NCBI GenBank assembly: GCA_043228905.1
Contig: JBHGNT010000001.1
Location: 10,664,001 to 10,728,000, forward strand
Source of the DNA: Azolla caroliniana
Lineage: Eukaryota; Plantae; Polypodiophyta
Direction: 5' to 3'
Length of the DNA: 64,000 nucleotides
A program made the translations under genes and the position numbers. Within the stretch, counting starts at the first letter, position 1. Each line of letters opens with the position of its first letter. Shown in pieces: positions 1 to 10,800 of the stretch. The notes beneath the pieces are model-generated. The model was not told the DNA's origin, did no database searches, and worked only from the letters and a program-made list of their open reading frames with translations.

Positions 1-546
1 CCGATCCGAGACCGAGGAAGGACCGATGGGCGAAGAGTGAAGGCGGGCCGGTTTTCTCCGTCCCAACTTAATTGGCGCATGCCGATGGATGCGCGGTTAG
101 GTGGGGGCGGATGTCGTGAAGAAAACCGTCCAAGGGTGGAATTGGGGCACCAAGGCGTGGGAACCGGCTCTTCACGCGCGTGCGCGCCAAGTTGTACATA
201 GAGGCGGATTAGGTACCTAGGAGGATCGAAGTGGTTAGATACGGTAGGTAGAAATTTAATGCCGAACGGCTCCGTCTGGACCTATAAAAGGAGGAGGACG
301 GGGAAGAAGAAGGGATCGCGACTTGGCGAGGAGGAAGTGCTGTCGAATTGCGAAGAGGCTCTTCTTTCCTGGAGAGAAGATCGTCGGACGCTGCAGAGCC
401 TGGGGATTTGTCGTTTCTGCTGCGTGGGAAGCCCGAGTGCTTCCGGCAGAGGCTCCCTGTTCTGCTGCTGCTTCGAGGTCGCGGATTTGGGCGCAGAGGT
501 CGTGATCCGTCGGGAGTTCGCTGTCTCTGCTCCGTGGACAACCCGT

Positions 547-1339
547 TGTCGTGAAGAAAACCGTCCATAAGCGGAATCGGCGCACCAAGGCGTGGGAACC
601 GGTTCTTCACGCCCGCACGCTCCAAGTTGTACATAGAAGCGAATTAGGAGGATAATCGGCAGGAACGGGCCCTAACACAAGTGGAGACAAAGACCGCGCG
701 AACAGTCTTCTCGGTCGCGCGCGCGAGCTAAGGAACTGTACGAGTCGGCGGCGTAACTACGCGGATGCGTGAAGAACGGAGCGGATCCCTGTTCGAAAGG
801 GACAGGGAATAAAGCTGACATGACGGCCTGCTCGTCGGCCTATATAAGGAGCTGGAAAGAGCGTTTGCAGGCATCTCGCGCAGAGAGGACGAAGTGCTGT
901 CGGACCGTTTCTGGACGCTTCTCTCTCTGTTTCCTTCCTTCTTGAGCTCCATAGCTTTCTGTGCAGGGTCCCGAGGAGGCTCGCGCTGTTTCGAGGAACG
1001 CCCGAGTGCTTCCGGCAGCACCTCCGACCTGCTGCCCCTTTGTGCGTCGAAGCGAACAAGCATCGGCATCTGTTCGTCGGCCTGTTCGGTTGTAACCAAC
1101 CTGTGCCCCCATCGAGGGTTGTAGTCGTGTTAGCCATTTTTGTTAATATACATATTTAGTCATTCGCATCTGTCTGTGTCAGTGTCTGTTCGCGTTCTCC
1201 GTGCTGAAGGGCCGTGTCCCTGTGTATCCCCGGTCCTGCGTAGCCGGTTCTCTCTCTTTCTCCTCCCTCGCTTGCTCTTTGGTTCGAGACCCCCGCGGTC
1301 CCGCCTCGTTTCCACACGCACTTGCATAATATCTCGACA
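547..1339 (+). repeat. E1 5' LTR
   Basis: TGTCG...CGACA termini and TATA box CTATATAAG near 840. Direct repeat of 7058-7850 with roughly a dozen substitutions by eye. Confidence 0.97.
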
Positions 1340-1343
1340 TCTT

Positions 1344-1361
1344 TGGTGAACCCGACGTGAA
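1344..1361 (+). promoter_or_regulatory. Primer binding site for tRNA-Trp. Also at 17854-17871(-), 20826-20843, 45961-45978(-) and 53665-53682.
   Basis: TGGTGAACCCGACGTGAA is the reverse complement of the plant cytosolic tRNA-Trp(CCA) 3' end (UUCACGUCGGGUUCACCA, recalled from memory). It lies 3-4 nt after the LTR. Confidence 0.9.
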
Positions 1362-1383
1362 GGAGGCGGCAGAAGAGCAGAAG

Positions 1384-3510
1384 ATGAGGGGGTCGGATCT
1401 TGCAGAGGCCATGGCTTCGGCCGTGGATCTGATTGTATACGCGCGCGAGGGCACCGGTGCCCTCGACAGAGCTATTGAGGCGATCGTCGGCACGATCGGC
1501 CGGTTCGATGGGAAGGATGCCACGAAGTATTTGGCGTCGTACGGTGCAGAGATGCTGATGCGGGACATTCCGGAAGAAAGGCGTCTTGCCGGATTTCCCC
1601 GAGTGGCGATGCCGAGCATCCATGCGGAGGTGCTCGAGGTGCGGGCGGAGAGCCGTACCTGGGAGGAGTTCGAAGGTCGGCTCCTAGAGAAATACGGGCT
1701 GGACGACGCGCTCCGGCTTTCGAAGCGAAGGTTCATGGAATGGGTGGAGTCCCCGGGGAAGGGAAGAAACGCGTCGGCACTCCTCCGGGAGTTTGAGGAA
1801 AACTTTGCGCGCCTTTCGGCGCTCGACCGAACCATCCTGGACACGAGCCGGGTCTTGCTGTTTGTCAAGTCGGTCGACGAGCGGGATCGGGAGCAAGTGG
1901 GCCTCTTGCTGGAAACCGAAGACGGGCTCACTACCGACTGGGCGGCTGTCAAGAAAGTCTGTGGCCGTTTCGACAAACGGCGAGAATGGGCGGATAACGG
2001 GGCAACCGGGTCGGGCTCGGTCGCAGCAAGGAAACTCGAACCAGCACCACAGGTGCGAAAGGAAGAGACCCGAGAGTGGTTGGAAACCGGTTCGGCTTCG
2101 ACCGGCGTAGTCAGAGGCTCAACCGGAGGAGCGGCGCTGGAGGAATTGACGAGGGCGATAAAGGACCTCCAAATCGCGCAAGCCCGAAGGGAAGGTGGCG
2201 AACCGGCTCGTGACCGACGGCCGACGGCAGGAAACAGGTGCATGTGGTGCGATGAAGTCGGCCACATTCGGAAGGACTGCGGCGACTTCGCGGAGGCGCT
2301 GAGGAACAGGGTGGTGTACCTGTGGGAAGGACGGGTGCATGCCAGCGACACCCGAAGGGCCCTGAGCCGAAATGACGGGCGAGGTGGTATGAAAAGGTTG
2401 ATGGAAGAGGCGGCGGCCCGACACGCGGAAACCGTCCACTACTCGGCGTCGGCCGACATTCGAGTCGGGGGCGGCGAGGCCCGAAGGGAAAGCAAAGCCG
2501 GATTCTGGCCGACGATGCTGGAAGGCCTTGCCGGTGCAAGGCTTAAAAGGGAGGAATCGGACCGTGCGGAGAAACGGGTACGGGAGATGACCGGGTGGAG
2601 CGACCCGGTCGAGGAAAAGACGGGCTTCGTGGAAGCCGCTTGCCAGAACTACGAGGCTCTGGTAGAAGAGAAGCGGGTGGGGAAACCCGGGACGACCGGG
2701 CCCTCACAACGATACGAGACCCGGTCCGGGCCACGACGGGACGAAGCCGGCGGGGCCGGTACGCAAGATAAACCCCAGAAGGGCGGGTACCGTCTGGGGA
2801 CGGAGATAGAAAGGACCACGGACTTACGAAAGGTCCTGGAGGAACGGATCCTCGACAGCAAGGTGGAGCTGTCGTTACGAGAGGTGCTGGGAATCGCCAA
2901 GAAGGAGTTCCACGACTCCATCGTGGACTTGGTGAAACGGAAGAGGCTGTCAACGGAGACAGAACCGGAAAGACCGGTGGAAGTGCGGACGACGCACCTA
3001 GACGACATGGCGCTGGGAGACGAGTGGGCGGAAAGCCACTATTCGAGACCACACTGGGCCCGAGCGACCACGGAAACCCCGGTGAAGATCGGCGATGTCC
3101 AGGAACCGGTGATAGCTTTGGTGGACCACGGATCGGAGATCAATTTGATGTCCATGGACTTCTATAAGAAGGGCAAATGGCCGATCAACACCAAGCATGG
3201 GTGGAAAATAAGGGCAGCAACGCGCGCCACCGAGGAACTGCACGGGGCCTGTCCGAATGTGCGAGTCAAGATCGGCGACATCGAGATTGACCAGCACTTC
3301 TTCGTGCAGGAGACGTCTTCGCATCCGGTCATACTGGGAGAGCCGTACATCACGGCGGCACGAATGGAGACCAAGGTGCTGGACAATGGTTCGGCCTACA
3401 CGAGGGTCAAAAGCCAAGACGGGCGCCATTCGGTCCAGTTTCTGACGGTACGGCCGAACCACGAACGTAACCGCGACTCCCTCGGTTCCGAAAACCGAGA
3501 GGATTTTTAG
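1384..3510 (+). CDS. gag: E1 Gag-protease polyprotein (intact ORF)
   Basis: ATG conserved in all copies that keep their 5' end. Zinc knuckle CMWCDEVGHIRKDC. Aspartic protease-like ALVDHGSEIN...VILGEP. Confidence 0.9.
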   Translation: MRGSDLAEAMASAVDLIVYAREGTGALDRAIEAIVGTIGRFDGKDATKYLASYGAEMLMRDIPEERRLAGFPRVAMPSIHAEVLEVRAESRTWEEFEGRLLEKYGLDDALRLSKRRFMEWVESPGKGRNASALLREFEENFARLSALDRTILDTSRVLLFVKSVDERDREQVGLLLETEDGLTTDWAAVKKVCGRFDKRREWADNGATGSGSVAARKLEPAPQVRKEETREWLETGSASTGVVRGSTGGAALEELTRAIKDLQIAQARREGGEPARDRRPTAGNRCMWCDEVGHIRKDCGDFAEALRNRVVYLWEGRVHASDTRRALSRNDGRGGMKRLMEEAAARHAETVHYSASADIRVGGGEARRESKAGFWPTMLEGLAGARLKREESDRAEKRVREMTGWSDPVEEKTGFVEAACQNYEALVEEKRVGKPGTTGPSQRYETRSGPRRDEAGGAGTQDKPQKGGYRLGTEIERTTDLRKVLEERILDSKVELSLREVLGIAKKEFHDSIVDLVKRKRLSTETEPERPVEVRTTHLDDMALGDEWAESHYSRPHWARATTETPVKIGDVQEPVIALVDHGSEINLMSMDFYKKGKWPINTKHGWKIRAATRATEELHGACPNVRVKIGDIEIDQHFFVQETSSHPVILGEPYITAARMETKVLDNGSAYTRVKSQDGRHSVQFLTVRPNHERNRDSLGSENREDF

Positions 3511-3566
3511 AGAGGACTGCCAAGGCGTGGGGCCGCGACAGTCCGGATGCTCCGGGAAAACCCCAC
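3501..3566 (+). other. Putative -1 programmed ribosomal frameshift signal (slippery heptamer plus pseudoknot)
   Basis: G GAT TTT TAG, a 6-nt spacer, and stems GGACTG/CAGTCC and GTGGGG/CCCCAC. The -1 frame is open into pol. The arrangement is conserved in six copies. Confidence 0.8.
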
Positions 3567-6500
3567 ATCTGTACGATAAAACCGTGTAGAATAGGTAGGA
3601 AATTTTGCTTCTCCGACAGCGGAGCATGTACGATGGTCGGCATCGCCGGCCGAGAGAAAACAAAGACGGAGGGGAGACTTCGGGCGTGCGGAGTTCTCGG
3701 CCCTGACGAAGAAATCGACGGAGCCGTGGAGGCAGTCTCCTTCGACGACACCTTGGGAATGCTGGGGAAGGTAGTCGAAGAAGACCTTAACGAAGACCGG
3801 ATGATACCGGTATGTTCCGAAGAAATGTATGAAGTCATCGCGGACTTCGGTCGAGGGCTCGAGTCGGAACGGACGGCCCGAGTTAGCACCAAGTACAAGA
3901 CTGTGGACCAGAAGGTGAGGCCAGTTGCGGCGCCCTTACCGGAGGGCAGCGAATCCCGAATCAAAGGGGTTGCATCGGACCCCAGCTTACGAGATCCGGC
4001 CTGCATAGGACACGCCTTCACCAACGAGACGCTCCGCGAGCTGAAGATCGGTGGGGGCGGGTTCCTACTGCCGGTGGAGGAAGACCGGTTTCGGAGAATG
4101 CTCGGAAGGCACGGGAAAGCCTTCGCATTCTCACCGGAGGAAATCGGGTGCGTAGACCCGACAATCGTAGAGCCAATGGTGATATTCACGGTACCGCATG
4201 TACCGTGGAATCTCAAGCCAATCCGGTTCCAAGAGCTCACATCCCGAAGTTGATGGAGCTGTTGAAGCAGAAAGTTGATATGGGCATTCTCGAGCCGTCG
4301 AGCGCCCCATATTCAAACCGATGGTTTACAGTACCAAAGAAAAACGGATCGTTGCGCTTCATTCAGGACCTGCAGCCGGTCAACAGAGTGACCATTCGGA
4401 ACGCAGGGATCGGACCGACCATAGACGAGTTCGCGGAGGCCTTCGCCGGAAGGTCGATTTACTTGGTCGGTGATCTATACTCAGGGTACGACCAGTTCCA
4501 GCTAGCCGTGGAGAGCAGAGACATTACGACGATGCGAACTCCCCTCGGCCTAGTGCGGATGTGTACACTGCCGCAAGGAGGGACCAACTCGGTGGCCCAC
4601 ATGGTGAATGCAATGAACAAGGTGCTGAGGGACTGCATCCCGGACATCACCATGCCGTTTCTAGACGACATCCCGATCAAGGGATGCCCGGTAGAAGAGA
4701 AGGACGAGACGATCGGGCCGGACGGATGCCGGCGATTCGTGATGACGCACATCGACGACTGCGAGAAGGTGCTGCAAAGGCTAGAGGATGCGAGGCTCAC
4801 CTTCTCGGGGGAGAAGTCAGCCTTCGGGCAGTCGGAAATCATGGTGGTCGGACATTTATGTGGACCATATGGCCGGAAACCGTCTCCGGCAAAGGTAGAA
4901 GCCATCTCCGCGATGAAGTCTGATTGCAGCTCGGTCACGGAAGTACGAAGATTCTTGGGAGCATGCGCCTTCTACCACATATGGATCCCGCATTACGCGC
5001 ACGTCGCGGAGCCGCTGTACGGATTTGAAGAAAGGGCGAAGATTCGAATGGCTAGACAAGCACACGGAGTCGGTCCGGAAGCTGAAGGAGGCGCTTTCGG
5101 CAGCACCGGCGCTCCGAAAGGCCGTCTACAGGAAGGGCACCCCAGTGTACATAACGGTTGACACGAGTCCGACCGAAATCGGGTGGGTCGTCAACCAAGA
5201 AGACGAGGACGGCAATCGGTTTCCGATCCGATTCGGCGCGAAGGTCCTCAGTGAGCGGCAGCGAGGATACGCCCAGGTTAAACGCGAACTCTGGGGTATC
5301 GTTTCGGCGGTGAAGGCCGACAAGGACTATCTGATCGGGACAGAGGTAATCATAGAGACGGATTGCATGCCGATTCTCGGCATGGTTTCCGGATGCGCGA
5401 CGCCGGACCTGGCAATGCTCAGGTGGATAGCGTACATCAAGTCCCTGGACCCGGAAATACGACACATTTCCGGGAAAGACAACGCCATGGCCGACATGCT
5501 TTCGAGGGCGAGGTTCGATGACGAGGGCGGCATGGTTTCGGAGGACGAAGAGGTCGGCGTGGACTTCTTCGAGGCATCATACGTAACAACCGACGGGACG
5601 AGCACTCTGGCGCTTAACGACTTCGACGCGAGCAAGTACGACGGGGAGTGGCTGCAGATCGGCGGGTTCTTGAGGACAATGGCGCCGGATGCGTCATGGA
5701 CGAAAGACGAGGCCAACCGGATCCGGAAGAAAGCGTACCGGTTCTTTCTCCGGGATGGCTATCTATGGAAGCACCCGAAGAAGAGGGACGGCGCTCCGCT
5801 CCGGGTGGTGGCGATGAAGGAAGAACAGGAGGAGCTGCTGACGGCCTACCACGACAGCCCTTGGGCCGGACACCGTGGAACTTGGGCCACGTTCGAGAAG
5901 ATAAAGGAGAAGTACTGGTGGCCGGGACTGTACCGGGACGTGCATCTATACGTGACAACTTGCGAGAGCTGTTAGATGCACTCCGTGGTCCGACACCGGG
6001 ACGAGCTTCACCCTACGTACCCTCCGACCATCCACTTCAAATGGATGGTAGATCTGGTGACGATGCCAATGGGGGTAGGACAGATGTGGTACCTGGTCCT
6101 AGCGCGGGAGGATCTGACGAACCAGGTGGAAGGCCGGGCCCTTCCGAACAAAACGATCGCGGCCGTATGTCGGTTCCTAATCGAGGACGTGATATGCCGG
6201 TACGGGTGCGTCGGGAAGATCGTGGCTGACCGAGGGGAGTTGGACGCCGAAGAAGCCGCGGAGCTGTTCGACCGGCTGGGAGTCAAGCTCTCGCTCACCA
6301 CTGCGTACAATCCGGAGGCGAATGGAAAGGTGGAGCGCGGACACGGGCCGATCGTCAAGGCGTTGGTTCGGGCATGCGGAGGCCGAGTCGGTAACTGGCC
6401 GCGGCTGCTACCTTATGCTTTGTGGGCAGACCGGACCACGCACAGTTCGGTAACCGGGTACATGCCGACGGAGCTCATGTTCGGCCAGAAGCCGATCATG

Positions 6501-6986
6501 CCGATGGAACGGACGATCTCCTCGTGGGCAACGGTCGACTGGAGGGACGAGATGAGCCGGGAGGAGTTGTTGGCCGCGCGTATACGACAGCTCGAGCAAA
6601 GACCGGAGGACGTGGAACTGGCTGCGGAGAAGCTCCGGGTGGTGAGGACAAAGAACAAAGCTAGGTTCGACCGAACGCACCGGCTCCGACCGAAGAAAAT
6701 CGAAGAAGGTGACTGGGTGCTCGTCTACGACAGCAGTCTCGACAACCAGCACCGAGCTACACGGAAGTTCGCACGAAGGTGGTTCGGGCCTTACGTGGTA
6801 CGGAGCGCCAATGACAACGGGACATATCACCTGGCGGAACTCGACGGCACGAGAATGGCGATACCGGTTGCAGGGAAGCGGATCAAAGCGTTCAATAAGC
6901 GACACGACGACGAGCCAGACCCGGCTCTCCTAGTCAGCAGTGACGAACTATCCGAAAACGAGGAAGAACCGACGGGCGAGGAATGA
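3501..6986 (+). pseudogene. pol: E1 pol (RT-RNase H-integrase), disrupted
   Basis: ORF pieces 3633-4253, 4148-5161, 5025-5975 and 5976-6986. Frameshifts near 4225 and 5025 and a TAG at 5973, relative to sister copies. Confidence 0.92.
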
Positions 6987-7042
6987 AGACGGGCCGGTTT
7001 TCTCCGTCCCAACTCTCTTGGCGCATACCGGAGGATGCGCGG

Positions 7043-7057
7043 TTAGGTGGGGGCGGA
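7043..7057 (+). promoter_or_regulatory. Polypurine tract of E1
   Basis: TTAGGTGGGGGCGGA directly before the 3' LTR; the same or a close variant precedes the other 3' LTRs. Confidence 0.85.
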
Positions 7058-7850
7058 TGTCGTGAAGAAAACCGTCCATAAGCGGAATCGGCGCACCAAG
7101 GCGTGGGAACCGGTTTTTCACGCGCGCACGCTCCAAGTTGTACATAGAAGCGAATTAGGAGGATAATCGGCAGGAACGGGCCCTAACACAAGTGGAGACA
7201 AAGACCGCGCGAACAGTCTTTTCGGTCGCGCGCGCGAGCTAAGGAACTGTACGAGTCGGCGTCGTAACTACGCGGATGCGTGAAGAACGGAGCGGATCCC
7301 TGTTCGAAAGGGACAGGGAATAAAGCTGACATGACGGCCTGCTCGTCGGCCTATATAAGGAGCTGGAAAGAGCGGTTGCAGGCATCTCGCGCAGAGAGGA
7401 CGAAGTGCTGTCGGACCGTTTCTGGACGCTTCTCTCTCTGTTTCCTTCCTTCTTGAGCTCCATAGCTTTCTGTGCAGGGTCCCGAGGAGGCTCACGCTGT
7501 TTCGAGGAACGCCCGAGTGCTTCCGGCAGCACCTCCGACCTGCTGCCCCTTTGTGCGTCGAAGCGAACAAGCATCGGCATCTGTTCGCCGGCCTGTTCGG
7601 TTGTAACCAACCTATGCCCCCATCGAGGGTTGTAGTCGTGTTAGCCATTTTTGTTAATATACATATTTAGTCATTCGCATCTGTCTGTGTCGGTGTCTGT
7701 TTGCATTCTCCGTGCTGAAGGGCCGTGTCCCTGTGTATCCCCGGTCCTACGTAGCCGGTTCTCTCTCTTTCTCCTCCCTCGCTTGCTCTTTGGTTCGAGA
7801 CCCCCGCGGTCCCGCCTCGTTTCCACACGCACTTGCGTAATATCTCGACA
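7058..7850 (+). repeat. E1 3' LTR
   Basis: Direct repeat of 547-1339. Confidence 0.97.
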
Positions 7851-10800
7851 CCGTGTGCTTCCGGCAAAGACACTCCTCTTCTGCGACATTCTGCTCCTGT
7901 GGGTGCGTGAGTGGGACCCGTGTTGGGACCCTTGCCGGCGTGCTGGTTGTAAATGACAGTTTGTATTCTCTGTTTAATTGAAGTCTAGCAGTCTCGTCCT
8001 TTCTTGCTCTTGTTGTCTCCCTCGTCTCTTGTGCAGTCGATCTTTCACACACACACACACACACGAATACACACCCGCCTGCTCTTCTCCTCCATCTTCT
8101 TCGTTCTCACTCTCTTTCTCTCCTTGGTTCGAGACCCCCGTGGTCCCGCCTCTGTTCCTACACGTACCCGCGGAAGACCGCGACAACGGGTTTGACGACT
8201 CGCTTTGGATGTCAAGGCGGGACTTCATGGCGTGGGTGGAAAGCCCCGGAAAGGGGAGGAACACGTCGGTGCTCCTCCAGGAGTTCGAAAAACGGTTCGT
8301 TGTCGACGCTGGACCGAACAGTGCTCGAAACAAGTTGAGTACTGCTATTTGTCAAGTCGGTGGACGCGCTCGACAGGGAAAAGGTGGGTCCCCTATTGGA
8401 AACGGACGAAGGGCTCACAACAGACAGGGCCATGGTAAAACGGGTCTGCAGCCGTTTTGACAAACGGCGTGATTGGAGCGACGGAAGCTCGTCGGGGTCG
8501 GGGCCGGTCCCGGGGAGGAGGCTCGAGGAGCCGGTATCGGTGCCGGCCGGTAGGAAGGAAGAGACCCGAATCTGGCCAGAGTCGGGGTCGGCATCGAACG
8601 ATGTGGTCCGAGGCCCATCCGGAGGAGCGGCTCTGGAGGAGCTGACACAGATGGTGTGCGACCTGCAGATCGCACAGGCCCGGAGAGACAGCGACGAACA
8701 ACCTCGCGACCGGAGGTTGCCGGCTGGGCAAAGGTGCATGTGGTGTGACGCGATCGGTCACATTCGGAAGGATTGCGTAGATTTCACCGACGTGCTCAGG
8801 ACCAACGTGGTGTACCTCTTAAACGGGCGGGTGCACACGAGCAAGACCCGGAGAGCCCTAGAACTGAATACAGGGCGTGGCGGAATGAAGAGGTTGATGG
8901 AAGAGGCCGCGACATGGCATGTCGAAGCCGTTAACAACTCAGTGTCGGCGGGAATTCAGGTCGGGGGTGATGAGACCCGGAAGGCGAAAGACTCCGGATT
9001 CTGGCCGCTAGTGCTAGAAGGCCTCTCCGGAGTTCGGCTGAAGAAGGAAGAGGTGGACCGCGCGGAACAACGGGTCCAGGAGGTCACCGGTTGGGACGAT
9101 CCGGTCGAAGAGAAAATGTGCTTCGTAGAAGCCGCTTGCTAGAACTACAAGGTTCTGGTGGAGGACAAATGGGCAGGAAAGGCCGGAGGGGTCGGTCCCC
9201 CGCAGAGGTATGAGACCCGGTTCGGACCGAAACCGACCGGTGCCGGCAACCCAAGCGCGCCGGACGGGAAGAAGCAGGCGGGGTTTCGGTTGAGCACCGA
9301 AATCGAAAGGACCACAGACCTGCGAAAGGTCCTGGAGGAACGTATCCTCGACAACAAAGTGGAGCTGTCATTGCGGGAGGTGCTGGGAATCGCCAAGAGG
9401 GAGTTCCACGACTCTATCGTAGACTTGGTGAAGCGGAAGAGGCTCTCGACGGAGCCGGAACCGGAGAAGCCGGTGGAGGTGCGGACAACGCACCTGGAAG
9501 ACGAAGCCCTAGAAGACGAGCTAGCGGGAAGCCACTACACGAAGCCGCATTGGGCCAGGGCAACTACGGAAACCCCTGTACGGATCGACAACGTTCTAGA
9601 ACCGATGGTGGCGTTGGTAGACCATGGATCCGAAATCAACCTGATATCCACGGATTTCTACAAGAAGGGTAAATGGCCGATCAACACCAAGCATGGCTAG
9701 AAGATACGGGCAACGACGCGCGCCACGGAAGAACTACATGGGGCCTGTCAGAACGTACGGGTGAAAATCGGCGATGTCGAGATCGACCATCACTTCTTTG
9801 TGGAGGAGACGTCCTCGCATCCGGTTATACTAAGAGAGCCATATATCACGGCGGCACGGATGGAGACCAAGGTGCTAGACAACGGTTCAGCCTATGCAAG
9901 AGTCAAGAGCCAGGACGGGCGTCGCTCGGTCCAGTTCCTAACGGTGTGACCAAACCACGAGCGTAACCGCGAGGCCCTCGGCGGCGAAACCTGAGGGGAT
10001 TTTTAGAGAGGGCTATCAAGGCGTGGGGCCGCAATAGTCCGGACACCCGGGAAGAACCCCACAAATGTACAGTACGGAAGAAGACCTGTACCATAGGTAG
10101 GAAATTTTGGTTCTCCGACAACAGAGGTTTGTACTATAACCGGCGTCAGCGGCCGGGAGAGGAAGCGAGCAGAGGAGCGGCTCAAGGGATGCGGAGTCCT
10201 CTTCCCCGACGAAGACATCAGCGGTGCCGTGGAGGCGGTCTCTTTTGACGACACCTTGGGCGAACCGCGGAAGGTGATTGGTGAAGACCTTAGAGAAGAC
10301 CGGGCCGTTCCGGTAGGGTCAATGGGAATGTACGAAGTCATTGCAGACTTCGGGGGAAGGATCGGGTGGGATCGGACGGCCCGCGTGGATACAAAGTACA
10401 AGACTGTGGACCGGAAGGTGAGGCCAGTTGCGGCACCCTTGCCGGAGGGCAGCGAGGAGCGGATAAAAGGGGTCGCGTCAGACCCAAGTTTACGGAATCT
10501 GGCTGGCATAGGGCACCGGTTCACCGACATAACGCTACGGGAGCTCAAGGTCGGTGGGGGTGGCTCTGCCGGTGGAGGAGGACCGGTTTCGGAGAATGCT
10601 CGGGAGGCACGGGAAGGCTTTCGCATTCTCACCGGAGGAGATCGGGTGCATAGACCCGACAATTGTCGAAACGATGATGATCTTCACGGTACCGCATGTA
10701 CCGTGGAATCTCAAGCCGATTCCAGTGCCGAGAGCTCAGATCCCGAAGTTGATGGAGCTCCTGAAGCAAAAGGTGGAGATGGGCATCCTCGAACCGTCGA

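Larger units (their letters stand above)
547..7850 (+). mobile_element. E1: full-length Ty3/Gypsy LTR retrotransposon (tRNA-Trp primed, non-chromovirus) inserted in the E0 LTR
   Basis: Two 793-bp LTRs, CCGT on both flanks (543-546 and 7851-7854), PBS, gag-PR, RT (FLDD), RNase H, integrase (HHCC, DDE, GPY) and PPT. Confidence 0.97.
1..8185 (+). mobile_element. E0: 3' end of a Trp-primed Ty3/Gypsy element. Integrase tail 1-40, PPT about 97-111, and 3' LTR split into 112-546 and 7851-8185 by E1.
   Basis: TTAGGTGGGGGCGGA is followed by TGTCGTGAAGAAAACC at 112. The two LTR halves join into a near-identical copy of the E5 LTR. The LTR ends CGACA at 8185, followed by ACGG, and host gag resumes. Confidence 0.92.

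Noticed and set aside
547-1339. Hammerhead ribozyme (retrozyme-type) in the LTRs
   Set aside because: No CUGANGA...GAAA core with flanking stems was seen by eye; an Infernal scan would be needed to exclude it fully
209-1349. ORFs within LTRs that recur in several places
   Set aside because: They recur only because the LTRs are repeated and are not conserved among LTR subfamilies
1344-1361. Possible tRNA gene
   Set aside because: Only the 18-nt complement of a tRNA 3' end, including CCA; this is a PBS with no cloverleaf
1156-6933. Numerous long antisense and alternate-frame ORFs over gag/pol (e.g. 1179-2351, 390 aa)
   Set aside because: They are shadows of GC-rich codon usage with no domain motifs, and their lengths vary between copies
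6987-7057. env-like or extra ORF in the Trp-family elements
   Set aside because: Only about 70 nt separate the integrase stop from the 3' LTR
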